From: Squalus acanthias
Taxonomy: Eukaryota
DNA length: 64,000 bases
Reading direction: 5' to 3'
Assembly (NCBI GenBank): GCA_030390025.1
Contig: CM059429.1
Span: forward strand, 32,488,001 to 32,552,000
A model generated the notes under the pieces. The model saw only the letters and a list, made by a program, of their open reading frames with translations. It ran no database searches and was not told where the DNA came from. The translations under genes and the position numbers were made by a program. Positions 38,562 to 51,189 of this stretch are shown here, one piece after another. Each line of letters opens with the position of its first letter. Position 1 is the first letter of the stretch.

Positions 38562-39229
38562 TAAATATTTGTTTAATTTCTCTGCCATTTCCTTATTCCC
38601 CATTATAATTTCTCCTGTCTCAGCCTGTAAGGGACCCACATTTACTTTTACGAATCTTTTCGTTTTTACATACCTATAGAAGCTTTTACAGTCTGTTTTT
38701 ATGTCTCTCACTAGTTTACTCTCATATTCTATTTTCCCTTTCTTTATCAATTTCTTGGTCCTCCTTTGCTGAATTCTAAAATCCTCCCAATCCTCAGGCT
38801 TACTGCTCTTGTTGGCAACATTATAAGCCTTTACCTTTGATCTAATACTATCTTTAACTTCTCTTGTTAGCCACGGTTGGACTACTTTTCCTGTGGGGTT
38901 TTTGTGCCTTAAAGGAATGTATATTTTTTGTAAATTATGTATTAATTCTTTAAATGCCTAAATCTACCTGAGCCAGCTTGCCTCTCATACCTACGTAGTT
39001 TGCTTTGTTTAGATTTAAGACCCTAGTCTTGGATTTAATTAAATCACTTTCAAACTTAATATAAAATTCTATCATATTATGGTCACTGTTCCCTCAAGGC
39101 CCCTTTACTACAAGGTTATTAATTAACCCTTTCTCATTGCACAATACTAGACCAAAATAATCTGTTCCCTAGTTGGTTCCTCAACATACTGATCTAGAAA
39201 ACTATCTTGCATACATTCTATGAATTCAT

Positions 39230-39405
39230 CACACAGAATCACAGAATCACAGAATCCCCACAGTGCAGATAGAGGCCATTTCGGCCCATCGAGCCTGCAC
39301 CGACACATATCCCACCCTATCCCCGTAACCCCATGTATTTAATCCCTTCTAACACTAAGGGTCAATTTATCATAGCCAAATCAACCTAACCCGCACATCT
39401 TTGGA
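39230..39405 (-). mobile_element. HE1-like SINE 3' fragment (CR1-type tail) inserted in CR1
   Basis: (cacagaat)3 tail, gaggccatttcggcccatcgag, aagggtcaattt..caacctaacccgcacatctttggac; flanked by catc repeats. Confidence 0.75.
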
Positions 39406-40064
39406 CATCGTCCTCCACACTATTACTGCAAATTTGGTTTGCGCAGTCTATATGTAGATTAAAGTCCCCCATGATTATTGCATTACCCTTGTTACACACA
39501 CCTCCAATTTCCTGATTTATACTCGGTCCTACATTACAACTACTGTTTGGGGGCCTATAAACAACTCCCACCAATGCTTTCTGCCCCTTGCTGTTTCTTA
39601 GCTCCACCCAAACTGATTCTACTTCTTGATTTTTGGAGCTAAGATCCTTTCTCTTTATCCCATCCTTTATTATCAGGGCTACCCCTCCTCCTTTTCCATT
39701 TTGCCTATCTCTTCTAAAAGTTAAGTATCCTGGAATATTTAGTTCCCAACCTTGGTCACTTTGCAACCACGTCTCCGTAATGGCTATTAGATCAAACCTA
39801 TTAATTTCTATCTCTGCTATTAATTCATCTATTTTGTTGTGAATGCTTCACGCATTCAGATATAGTGCCTTTAGCTTTGACTTTTTTCTATTTTTCCCTG
39901 ATGTCACCTTAGTCACTGATACCCTATTACATTTGTTACTCTCTCTGTCCCTTCCTGACCCACTCTGCTTATTTTTACCCAAAACTCGGCTCTGCTCTAG
40001 AGCCTTGACATTTCTCTTGCTGCTTTTAAATTTACTCTTTCCTGAATCCTCCCACCCCACTTCA

Positions 40065-40620
40065 TTAATTTAAAGCCCTGTCTACTGCCTTAGTTATTTG
40101 ATTTGCCAGGACACTTGTTCCAGCCCGGTTTAAGTGGAGCCTGTCCCAACGGAACAGCTCCCTCTTTCCCCAGTACTGGTGCCAGTGCCCCATGAAGCAA
40201 AACCCCTGCCTCCCACACCAGTCTTTGAGCCACGCATTTAACCTTCTAATCTGCTTATCCCTATGCCAATTGGCGCGTGGCTCAGGTAACAATCCAGAGA
40301 TTATTACCTTTGAGGTTCTGCTTTTTAATTTGGACCCCAGTTCCTCAAACTCTCTCCGCAGAACCTCATGCCAAGTTCTACCTATGTCGTTGGTTCCTAC
40401 GTGAACCACGACAACTGGATCCTCCCCTTCCCACTCCAAGTTCTTGTCCAGCCGCGAGGAGATGTCTTTAACCCTGGCACCGGGCAGGCAACACAACCTT
40501 CGGAACTCATAGTTGCAGTTGCAGAGAACAGTATCTATCCCTCTGACTATACTCTCCCCTACCACAACTACTTTCTCTTTCACTCCCCCCACTTGATTGG
40601 CTTCCTGCGCCATGGTGCCA
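40065..40620 (-). pseudogene. CR1 ORF1 SGNH/GDSL esterase domain
   Basis: VVVVGESIVRG, CCLPGARVKD, VVVHVGTND, WDRLHLN blocks in ORF 40065-40712. Confidence 0.9.
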
Positions 40621-41659
40621 TGGTCAGCTTGCTCATCCAATGGCCTGCATATTGCAATCAATCTTGTGTTGTGCAACCTTTGCCATGCAAACAAACAGAA
40701 ATCACACATCAAAATGATTTGTATGCTAGTTAATGATGTTGATTCATCAAAAAAGCAAGCTTAATTTGTGCATAAAAAGCATTAATATAAAAATGTCAGT
40801 GATTGTCCTTTTATGGGCCATTTTTACAAGACCACGTTCCCTTTGACATGTGGCTTCCTTTCTCGTAAAAGAACAAACATGTTTCAAATAGCAAGTTTGG
40901 TCCATGGTGGGGCCCATCAACGGACATGACTGTGGTTTAAGGGGGAATTATTAAACAATGTACAGTCGGATGTTACCTTTATGACACAGGCTGCAGAATA
41001 AAAAGAAAACTTCTTTTTATTTTCTTTTATGTTACAAAAATATTATTTCCAAGTCTTAGTTTCTTTGTTTGTCGGGTGGGACAATCTGCTGCTGATTGTT
41101 TGCATTAGCTTGAGTAACAGCAGAATGCAGCCAACTGCCAACTCTTAGATCCAGTTAAGGCTCTTTAAAAATTATTAAAAAGGTACTAATTCACTTCCTT
41201 CTTATGCTCTTCGGGTGACCTTTCAAAACAAACATTAATTTGTTCTGAGACACACACAAAGAATAAAATGTCATACTTAAATCCGGATCTCTCAGCCACA
41301 TATTATATTTTTTGCAGTTGACCGTGTCTTTACCTCTCCAGTGGATGAGGTCATGCTTTCATAGAGTTCAATAGGATTCACCTGCTTCCAATTCATTGAA
41401 AGCTTTACGTAGATGGAATATGTGTTGTCAGTAAACACTCATCCTGTTCTTGTTATTGCAGTATTTGCAAAAAAAGAGCAAAATAGAAATATAGATAAAA
41501 GGTATCCATTGTGAGACCTGTATTTGTTCTAACATTTTGCTACACAATGATTATTTTGTTAGAAGTGGTTTTCGTGTCATTAGTCATCAAGGTGTATTAT
41601 AATTCAGTACTTAGTAAGCACGATATGAAGTTATAAATAGGTGAGACATGTGACAGCGT

Positions 41660-42405
41660 GGGATCGATTTTAATTTCCAGGCGGGAATGTGGCATGACAA
41701 CCAACCAGCCTGTTGGTGAATGGCAGTGAGGAGGTTTGGCCGATTTAGTGGCAGGACCTGATTAACATGCCAGTGGATGACTTCCTGGCCAAAACGGCCG
41801 GTGAAATTATGGTGCTTCAAACGTCATGTTCTGAAGTGCAAGACGGAAATTTTCAACTGCCGGCCAATAGTTTCTCGCCTTGAAAATTGGGCGAGCAGCA
41901 GTTGAAAATCCGATGGGGACCTTGTGCGCCCCTTTGCCAACCTAAGTCAACTTTCAAACAGGCCTTTAAATGTGCGTCTAGCACTCCCGCCCAAAACAAG
42001 TGGGAGGCTGTTTAAACATGCAAATCGGGGACCTACGCCTGCTGTACATGCCACTACGTGCCAGTTTCAATTTCTCCAGGCATTGAGAGATCCTTAATGG
42101 GCCTACTGCCAGCCTCTCCCACAAGGTAAGTTTTTTGTTTCTTTTAAAGTTTTTTGTGGGGCCAGGAGGAGCAGGAGTGCCCCACAAAGCTCTCCCAGCT
42201 CGCAGCCCATCCATTCTTGCCCCCATCTGCCATTTGCTACCCGCCCCACCCCCACCCCATACCTGCCGGCTGGCTGTGTGCAATAGCTGGCCGATTTTCC
42301 TTCTCACCAGTACTGGTAAATTATAGCAGGGTACCTGTTTGGCACCCGCAGTTCGCCGAGAAGATCTTAATGAGGCCTAAACCTGAAAGTGGTTCCGATT
42401 TCCCC
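41660..42405. mobile_element. Composite/degenerate MITE region
   Basis: gggatcgattttaa start; internal ggaaattttcaactg / cagttgaaaatcc inverted pair; end cgatttcccc; catgcaaat core as in the other MITEs. Confidence 0.55.
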
Positions 42406-44809
42406 ACTGTCATGTTGCCCCAAGTGTGCAGGTTTTTCTGTAATTTTGAACTTTTAACATCAGATACCCATGCTCCAATTGCACTTTGTCACACCACATC
42501 CCCACTAATATTACTGACAGGTCCTCGTGTAGTCTCCTCATCCCCAACACAACGGGTCCTGGAAAATCGTACATCGCAATTACCTTGTACACTTCGACAA
42601 AATAATCAGGAGATAAGTTATTTGTTTGGAGCTCATATGTAGAATTGTGGCCTGTGCCCAAACCAGTCTTTGACCCCATAATGTCCGCAATTCATCCTGG
42701 ACAACTTATTAAAGGACTGCTAGGGGAAGACATACAAAAATTGTATTTGTGAACCTTCTGTTATGAGCTATCAGATACCACAATGTATAATTAAATTGAA
42801 ACATAATGGAGGTAGGTTAATGAACTTTGCAGTGTGCCCAAAACATTGTAAAGTCAAAAACAACCCAATGCCATTATATCTTTGAACATGCTACCTAACT
42901 GTGGTGCAATACACAGGACGTAGAGTAAAACACTGGAAGGTAGATACATTCCTATCATTTTATATTTGTTTCCCTTTTTATTTGCACTTTTTCCTGTTTG
43001 AGTGACAGTGCATTAGTGCATATACTCCACCTGTGCACACTGTGGCCTTTGGTTTTTTTGAACATTTTTGGCAAAATGCCGAAAGATTGTTCTCAGCCCT
43101 CCCCACACAATTATTGCTTCCTTCCATTTTGATAATGTCAAGTCACACAAGTGTTGACCAGGAAAGTAATAAAAAGATCAACAGATTTTGCTTTGTTGGT
43201 CTCCGCCAGAACAAATTATCCTAAAGAAACGCAAGCTAAAAACAGAACTCAGATGTGTGTGACAGGCAAGCCACAGCTTGCATAGCAGAACTATTTGCAA
43301 AAACTCCAGCACTACAGGTTTATCTAAGGTGTGGTCTCACTTAAGCCTGGAGTAATTATCCTGAATACCATGGCCAGGACTGCAAGCCATGCAGTGTGCT
43401 ACTCACTTGGGGCACAGCATATTCAAGGAGTTTCACATTTTGTCTATTGTCCCCCAGTTAACATTAACGTTAACATGAACGTTAACATAAAAAGATCAGC
43501 CATTCATATTACAACAAGATCGTATACAGGAGTCAATTTTATTTGTATTTATTGCTTTCAGTCCATCTAATAAGAATGTTAAATATTTGAACAGCAGTCA
43601 AAAACTCTGGACAAGTTGGCACAGAGATGATCATTGCAAGTGTTTGGCAAGGTAATCAGATTATTTATATCATCACCCAGCTATAACCTGATTACTGCCT
43701 GAACTGCATAGTTCCTCTGTTCATCTGTCATTACCTTGGTGACTGGTTAACTTCAAGCAAACACTTATTAAGCCCTTTAGATGCTATTAGGACTGAAACA
43801 GAGTATTCCAGGGGTCACTGTCTGTTTGCTTATCATGCTAATATCTTAGAAAATGTTCTTGCTGTTGCATTAATGACACATAAAAAGCCTAAAATTTACA
43901 AATGTCAGTTTTATTGTTTATGCACTGAACCTGAAATTAATCGATGGGAGTACTCAGAGGACTAGCAAGAAATTATTTAAGTGCTATAGAATTCCTTGGT
44001 GACACATGGGTGGTGGCTCCTGTACATTTTGCATCTCCTACGAGCTACTGTTGAAGTGATTCCATTGAAAAGTAAACCATGTAGCATTGGGACTATTAGA
44101 CCACGTTCCTCTCTCACCCAAAGGGTATTGGGTTGTGTGCTTTGTTTCCATACTAGGTGGATTCTTTCTTCAGTTAATATGGGGGTCTCCTGGACGAGCA
44201 GTATTAAAATCCCTCATTTGATGCATTTCAAGTTGCTTCTAGCAGGGCCGGTGTGTTTCCTTATTACAGTAATTACCTGCATGTTACTGACTTTCCTTAG
44301 GCTGATCATTGTAGGACACGAGTCCTTTCTTATCACTAGAGATTGTTCAACATTGTATTGAATGCTGAGAGTTTGCTACAATTCCTGAATTAAGAATAGG
44401 GTTGTATTTTTGACTTGAATCAAAATATTAAGAGTATTGAGGGGGTTAATAAACATCTTGGAGGTCCTGATATCTTAATCCACAGAGACAGGAGGCTTAT
44501 TTAGTCTCTTATAAACTGTAGCAAATAATGGATGCATTTGATAGGGATTTATTCCACAAGTGAGGCTGTTAGACCAGGAGAGTAAAAATTCTTTATTGTG
44601 TTATACTCTGTTAGTGGATTTTGAATTTCAGATCATATTTCTGTGTTTTAGTTGTTCCTATTTTGTGTTTCATTGTGGGAACGGAATGAATGATTTGCAC
44701 AGAGGAGAGAGTGGGCTAGACAATCTCAACAATCGGGTAGTTTTTTTAATAGCCAATCAGTCTATTAAAAAAAACCTCTTCTATTTCAGCCTCCTTGTCC
44801 ACAGTTCCA

Positions 44810-45150
44810 CAAACACAGGGAGCCCTCTCCTAACCTACCCAAGTGGTTGTTCTTCATGCTTGTGTCTAGACGGTAAATTTGGAGAGACATCACTTTACAG
44901 CCCAATCCCATCCACACTTGGCATCCCCAGTCACATATTGTCCTGGTCACAGGACAGCAATCAGAAGCAGGAAGCCTGGCAAATTTCTATCCTCCCTAAC
45001 CCAGATGTGTTAAGACTAATCGTAGAACACCAGGTGATGCCCAGGCTGAGATCAGCTACTTCGCACAGAAGTGGATTGTAACCTGGGGGCCTCTTCGTAT
45101 CACTCAGTATGATGCCGGGCAGAGCAGCTGACCCACTCTACCATTTGGGA
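44810..45150 (-). mobile_element. AmnSINE2-like ancient SINE, degenerate
   Basis: cccaagtggttgttcttcatg, atcagaagcaggaagcctggc, ggctgagatcagcta match the other copies. Confidence 0.55.
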
Positions 45151-45240
45151 AGTTGATCATTTAAAAAAAAGCATATTCTTATTTTGACACGTGTGTCAGA
45201 TAGTTGTTCTCTCTTTATTATGGTAAAAATTGTTTCATTG

Positions 45241-46189
45241 TATGCTGACGATACCCAGCTCTACCTCACCATCACTTCTCTTGACCCCTCCACTGTCTCT
45301 ACATTGTCAGACTGCTTGTCCGACATCCAGTACTGGATGAGCAGAAATTTCCTCCAACTAGATATTGGAAAGACTGAAGCCATTGTCTTTGGTCCCTGCC
45401 GCAAACTCCGTTCCCTAGCTACTGACTACATCCCTCTCCCTAGCATCTGCCTGAGGCTGAACCAGACTGTTCGCAACTTTGGTGTCATATTTGACCCTGA
45501 AATGAGCTTCCATCCACATATCCACATCATAACTAAGACCGCCTATTTCCACCTCCATAAAATCGCCCGTCTCCGCCCTTGCCTCAGCTCATTTGCTGCT
45601 GAAACCCTCATCCATGCCTTTGTTACCTCTAGACTTGACTATTCCAACACACTCCTGGCTTGCCTCCCACGTTCTACCCTCTGAAAACTTGAGGTCATCC
45701 AAAACTCTGCTGCTCGTGTTCTAACCCACATCAACTCCCGTTCACCCATCACCCCTGTGCTCGCTGACCTACATTGGCTCACGGTTAAGCAACGCCTCGA
45801 TTTCAAAATTCTCATCCTTGTTTTCAAACCCCTCCATGGCCTCGCCCCTCCCTATCTCTGTAATCTCCTCCAGCCCTACAACCCTCCGAGATATCTGCAC
45901 TCCTCTAATTCTGGCCTCTTGCACATCCCTGATTTAAATCGCTCAACTATTGGTGGCCATGCCTTCAGCTGCCAAGGCCCTACGCTCTGGAATTCCCTCC
46001 CTAAACCTCTCCACCTCTCTACCTCTCGTTCCTCCTTTAAGACGCTCCTTAAAACCTACCTCTTCATCTGCCCTAATATCTCCTTATATGGCTCGGTGTC
46101 AAATTTTGTTTTAAAACGCTCCTGGAAAGCGCCTTGGGACTTTTTACTACGTTAAAGGCGCTATATAATTCCAAGTTGTTGTTGTTGTT
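45241..46189 (+). mobile_element. L2 LINE 3' fragment starting at YADD
   Basis: YADDTQLY...LIHAFVTSRLDYSN...LHWLTVKQRLDFKIL; (TTG)n tail. Confidence 0.95.
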
Positions 46190-46214
46190 CACTGGAGATG
46201 TACCTGGTCACAAA

Positions 46215-46317
46215 AACATTGAAGTCAAAGTAGAGGAAAATCAGGCATGGTGCATAACGGGCGAACGATCTGTTGTCACCTTTTTTTGAGCCCCCACTAA
46301 AGTTGAATTTCACCCCC
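46215..46317. mobile_element. Right half of a short MITE
   Basis: cattgaagtcaa...gaaaatcagg...agttgaatttcacccc, similar to 10816-10966 and 11368-11526. Confidence 0.5.
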
Positions 46318-47372
46318 ATAATTTTCTTAACAGTGATTAGAAGTGACTCATTGCCCACTACACCCATATGGTGCTGGCACCTATGGCTCAATCTATCTAT
46401 TTTAATCTGCACTGTTGTCATGGTTTCTTTAAAGAGGCCTGTCAGACTAACGTTCAGCAAAACAATGATGAGAATAATTTTATTGGAGCTGCAGACAACC
46501 ATCAGTATGATACATGTCGAAGTTGTACAAAGTCGCACATTGTAAAGGTGCCTTAGTTTCAGTTATTTAAACTCAAAAGAGATTAATTATACCTGCTATT
46601 ATCATGAAACATTTAGAATATAACCATTTACATGCAATATTACAAAGCTAAATGTCATGAAATCTCACTTAATGGTTAGAAACATTATCCTAAATGTATT
46701 TATCAGAACTAAATGGACAGTGCTAAAATCAAATACAGCAAAGAATCAATATTTCAGTTTTGCAGTGATATAATTTCACCTTAATTTTTCTATATATGTC
46801 TTAGTGATGTGATAATAATGTGCATTAACAGTAAAAAAAAAGAAATGAAAGAAAGTGTTATTTAGACCCTCAGATTTAATGCTGAAATAAGCGCCCCCTC
46901 CCAAGACCGAAAGAGCTGAGAGGATTAAGGGATAGTATTATCAGTGCAAAATTCAGATCAAAAGGGTAAGTTGGCACAGCAGAAAGGTTGTAGTCCCTTG
47001 GACCAAAGGATTTGGGAGCTGAGTAGTTCAACAGAAAACTCTTTTAATCTCCAGCCACCCAACTTGTTAATGTTAAACCGTGAAAGTCTTCATAAAAGAA
47101 AAGCATTGTTTTCCTCCTTTGACAGCAAGTGTCCGTTGCAGTCTGTAGCATGTCCTTTGTGTTTTGCCAATAGGATTCCTAACATTTTGATGACCAGTTT
47201 CAGAATTCCTTAATATTTATGCAATTGTAAGCGTGTGCTGGAAGGAAATAAAACTGCATGATCCTCACAATTATTATTTATTATTTGAAGAGTACTTACT
47301 ACAATAATTGAATACAAAACTTATTGGTCTAATTTTGAACATGTTTTAAAATATTAAACATGAGCACGGATT

Positions 47373-47973
47373 AGGGTAGAAATTAGTCCTAGTTGTACAC
47401 GTTATTCGGATGGAAAGTAGGTGCAAAAATGACCAATTGTGCCCTGCGCCCCAAGGATGCCTGAAAAACATTCAACGTCATATTGGCCGCCTAAAACAGG
47501 CATTAGGCCCCTTACATATGCAAATGAGTGGCTTGTTTTAGGATCCCTTTGGAAAATTGGGTTACCTTGAGCGGTTCAGGAGTTGGGCCTGCTCTACTCA
47601 GGATTTCCAGGCGTGACTGCGGCCTAGCAAGTAGTCGCCACCATAAAAATAAGTTGACATTTTTGTTTTAAATTCCTGCGTCGTGCTCCTCCCAGCTCCA
47701 CAGCACTTCCGCTCGCCACAGCCAGCCTCGATCGCGCTCCCCTCCCACTGTCCTCACATTTCCCTGGCACTTACCTGAGGGCTGCTGCTGGTAAGGCAAG
47801 CGACCCGAAATTTGTTTTCTGAATTGGGTAAGCTGCCTCACTTTCAATAAGTCAGGTACCAGCAGATTGCCAAACTTCTTGAAATGAGGCTGGATGTTCA
47901 AGTTCAGGCTGGCCTCGGGCCTCCTGGTTGGGGCACACGCTGCCAACAACGGGCCCAGACAAACTTCTACCCC
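47373..47973. mobile_element. Harbinger-type MITE, 601 bp
   Basis: TIRs agggtagaaatt / aaacttctacccc, TSD ATT. Confidence 0.85.
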
Positions 47974-48558
47974 ATTGTGTTTGTTCCCTCAGGATCTATG
48001 GATCTGGAGATGCTGCTTATATGTCAGCCCTCATTATCCAGGTACTTAATATGCTTTTCTGATCACAGTCAAGATACCTTCAATCACCTGATACACAAAT
48101 AAAACATAATAAACATTCTACATCTTCAAAATAATTTTTGTTGCAATATTTTGAGCTAATCACATAAGAACACAAATTTTGGGTTTACACTTTTTAAAGA
48201 AAAAAATGTAACATTGTAGATTGGCATATCTCTGGGATTGCTCTCTTCACTGTAAAAATCAACGTGAAATCACAAAACGGACATTTAAACATTTATAAAA
48301 TTAAACTGTCAACAAACATAGGATGTCGTTCAAAATTTCTGTGTTGGAATTTACGCTGATTCCTTTTTCTCCATTTGTTTAAGAGAGTTGTGGTGATATT
48401 ATTTATTATTTTTTCCACCTTTTCTTTGTGAGGATTTTCATTTTACAAAAAAAATACAACTAAAGATTTAGTTATTTGAATGCTCAAATAAGATCACCCC
48501 CAACACCCCATCCCCATCCCACAGCACCTTCCCGTGCAAGTGTACCTGCCCTTTTACC

Positions 48559-48867
48559 AGTTCTGATGAAAGGTCATCGACCTGAAACGTTGGCCCCGAT
48601 TTTAACACCAGGTGGATTCCCCGCTCAGGCCTGAGTCAAAATTACAGTCGGGTCTCAATGATGTCATCGGGCCGCAACATGCATATGTAAAGAAGGACCC
48701 TGTTGGCTCCGGGCGCGTGTCCTTGCTGCCTGCTCAGGAGAGCAGGTTAAAAGTGCAGATGTTGCGATAATGGCGGCTTTTGGACAGGTAAGAGCCAGGG
48801 CGGTTTTAACTGCCCGCCCGGCAGGTTTCTGCTGAGCGAGTAGGGTTAAAATCGCCCCCCGTTAACT
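48559..48867 (+). ncRNA. Minimal type-I hammerhead ribozyme of the Penelope pLTR, interrupted by a MITE
   Basis: AGUU-CUGAUGA-A-AGGUC-AUC-GACCU-GAAA-C-GUU-[MITE]-AACU: core boxes, 5-bp stem II, palindromic ACGU stem III, 4-bp stem I. Confidence 0.75.
48592..48860. mobile_element. Short Harbinger-type MITE
   Basis: TIRs ggccccgattttaac / gttaaaatcgcccccc, TSD GTT. Confidence 0.9.
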
Positions 48868-49582
48868 CTGTTTCTCTCTCCAAAGATGCTGCCTGACCTG
48901 CTGTGTATTTCCAGCATTTTCTGTTTTTATTTCAGATTTCCAGCATCCGCAGTATTTTGATTTTGCCCTTTTACCGCCTCTCTTCCCACCGTCCAGGGCC
49001 CCAAACACTCCTTCCAGGTGAAATAGTGATTTACTTGTACTTCTTTCAATTTAATATACTGTATTTGCTGCTCACAATGTGTTCTCCTCTACATTGAGGA
49101 GAATAAACGTAGCTGGGGTGATCACTTTGCGGAACATCTCTGTTCAATCCACAAGCATGACCCTGGGCTTTCGGTCGCCTGTCACTTTAATTCTCCGCCC
49201 CACTCCCACTCTGACCTCTCTGCCCTCAGCCTCCTACACTGTTCTAATGAAGCTCCACGGAAGTTCAAGGAACAGCACCTCATCTTTCAATTAGGCACTT
49301 TATAGCCTTCTGGACTCAACATTGAGTTCAACAATTTCAGATTATAACCACTGCTCCCATTTTTTCGGATAGCAGTTGTTGGTAATGATTCTGCTTTTGT
49401 CATTTTCAGCACCTCTAGACCCATCTTTTGTTTCTTTATTTGTCCCATTACCACTTCCATTTGTCTTGCACCCTTTTGCCATTTAATCTCTCCTGCTTTC
49501 CACCCAATCACAGACCTTCCCTTTTGTTTTTATCCTCCCCTCCACCCCTTTCCCTGCCTCTGTACTTGCTTAAAACCTGTTA

Positions 49583-51189
49583 AGAATCATAGAATCATAG
49601 AATGGTTACAGAAAAGAAGGAGGCCATTCGACCCATCGAGTCCGTACCGGCTCTCTGCAAGAGCACTTCAGCTAGTCCCACTCCCCCGCCCTTTCCCCGT
49701 AGCCCTGCAATTTTTTTTCCTTCAGGTACTTATCCAATTCCAACTTGAAAGCCGTGATTGAGTCTGCCTCCACCACCCTTTCAGACAGTGCATTCCAGAT
49801 CCTGACCACTCGCTGCGTAAAAAGGTTTTCCCTCATGTCGCCTTTGGTTCTTTTGCCAATCTTCTTAAATCTGTGTCCTCAGGTTCTCGACCCTTCCGCC
49901 AATGGGAACAGTTTCTCTCTATCTATTCTGTCCAGACCCCTCATGATTTTGAACACCTCTATCAAATCTCCTCTCAACCTTCTCTGCTCCAAGGAGAACA
50001 ACCCCAGCTTCTCTAATCTATCCACATAACTGAAGTTTCTCATTCCTAGAACCATTCTCGTAAATCTTTTCTGCACCCTCTTTAAGGCCTTCACATCCTT
50101 CCTAAAGTGCAGTGCCCAGAATTGGACACAATACTCCAGTTGAGGCCGAACCAGTGTTTTATAAAGGTTCATCATAACTTCCTTACTTTTGTACTCTATG
50201 CCTCTATTTATGAAGCCCAGTATCCCGTATGCTTTTTTAACTGCTTTCTCAACCTGCCCTGCCACCTTCAACGATTTGTGTACATATACCCCTAGGTCTC
50301 TCTGTTCATGCACCCCTTTTAGGATTGTACCCTTTACTTTATATTGCCTCTCCTCGTTCTTCCTACCAAAATGTATCACTTTGCACTTTTCTGCATTAAA
50401 TTTCATCTGCCACGTGTCCGCCCATTCCACCAGCCTGCCTATGTCTTCTTGAAACCTATCACTATCCTCCTCACTGTTCACTATACTTCCAAGTTTTGTG
50501 TCATCTGCAAATTTTGAAATTGTGCCCTGTACGCCCAAGTCCAAGTCATTAATATATATCAAGAAAAGCAGTGGTCCTGGTACCGACCCCTGGAGAACAC
50601 CACGGTATACTTTCCTCCAGTCCGAAAAACAACCGTTCACCACTACTCTCTGTTTCCTGTCAATTAGCTAATTTTGTATCTATGCTGCCACTGTCCCTTT
50701 TATTCCACGGGCTTCAACTTTGCTGGCAAGCCTATTATGTAGCACTTTATCAAATGCCTTTTGGAAGTCCATGTACACCACGTCAACTGCAATGCCCTCA
50801 TTAACCCTCTCTGTTACCTCATCAATAAACTCAATCAAGTTAGTTAAACACGATTTGCCTTTAACAAATCCGTGCTGGCTTTCCTTAATTAATCCACACT
50901 TGTCCAAGTGACTGTTAACTTTGTCCCTGATTATCGTTTTTAAAAGCTTCCCCACTACCGAGGTTAAACTGACTGGCCTGTAGTTGCTGGGTTTATCCTT
51001 ACAATCTTTTTTGAACAAGGGTGTAACATTTGCAATTCTCCAGTCCTCTGGCACTACTCCTGTATCTAAGGAGAATTGGAACATTATGGCCAGTACCACC
51101 ACGATTTTCACCTTAACTTCCCTCAGCATCCTAGGATACATCCCATCCAGTCCTGGTGACTTATTTACTTTAAGTACAGCCAGCCTCTC
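49583..51189 (-). mobile_element. CR1 LINE 3' half (RT) inserted in the Penelope pLTR
   Basis: ORFs 50680-51141 and 49879-50643 (NYRPVSLTS, QHGFVKGKSC, DFQKAFDKV, KFADDTKL); (agaatcat)n tail; TTA on both sides. Confidence 0.95.

Larger units (their letters stand above)
33903..40650 (-). mobile_element. Near full-length CR1 LINE (esterase ORF1, APE endonuclease, RT, tail) with four nested insertions
   Basis: ORF1 40065-40620; APE KLKALYLNA / WELNIPGY / VGVVYRPP / IIMGDFN 39400-39880; [22 protein letters not shown] 35720-35860; C-terminus 34066-34740; (gaacagaa)n tail at 33903. Confidence 0.95.

Noticed and set aside
43996-45081. ORFs of 121 and 173 aa; possible Penelope relic on the minus strand near 44020-44200
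   Set aside because: No convincing motifs; the second ORF runs through a SINE relic; the RRRCK similarity is too short to call
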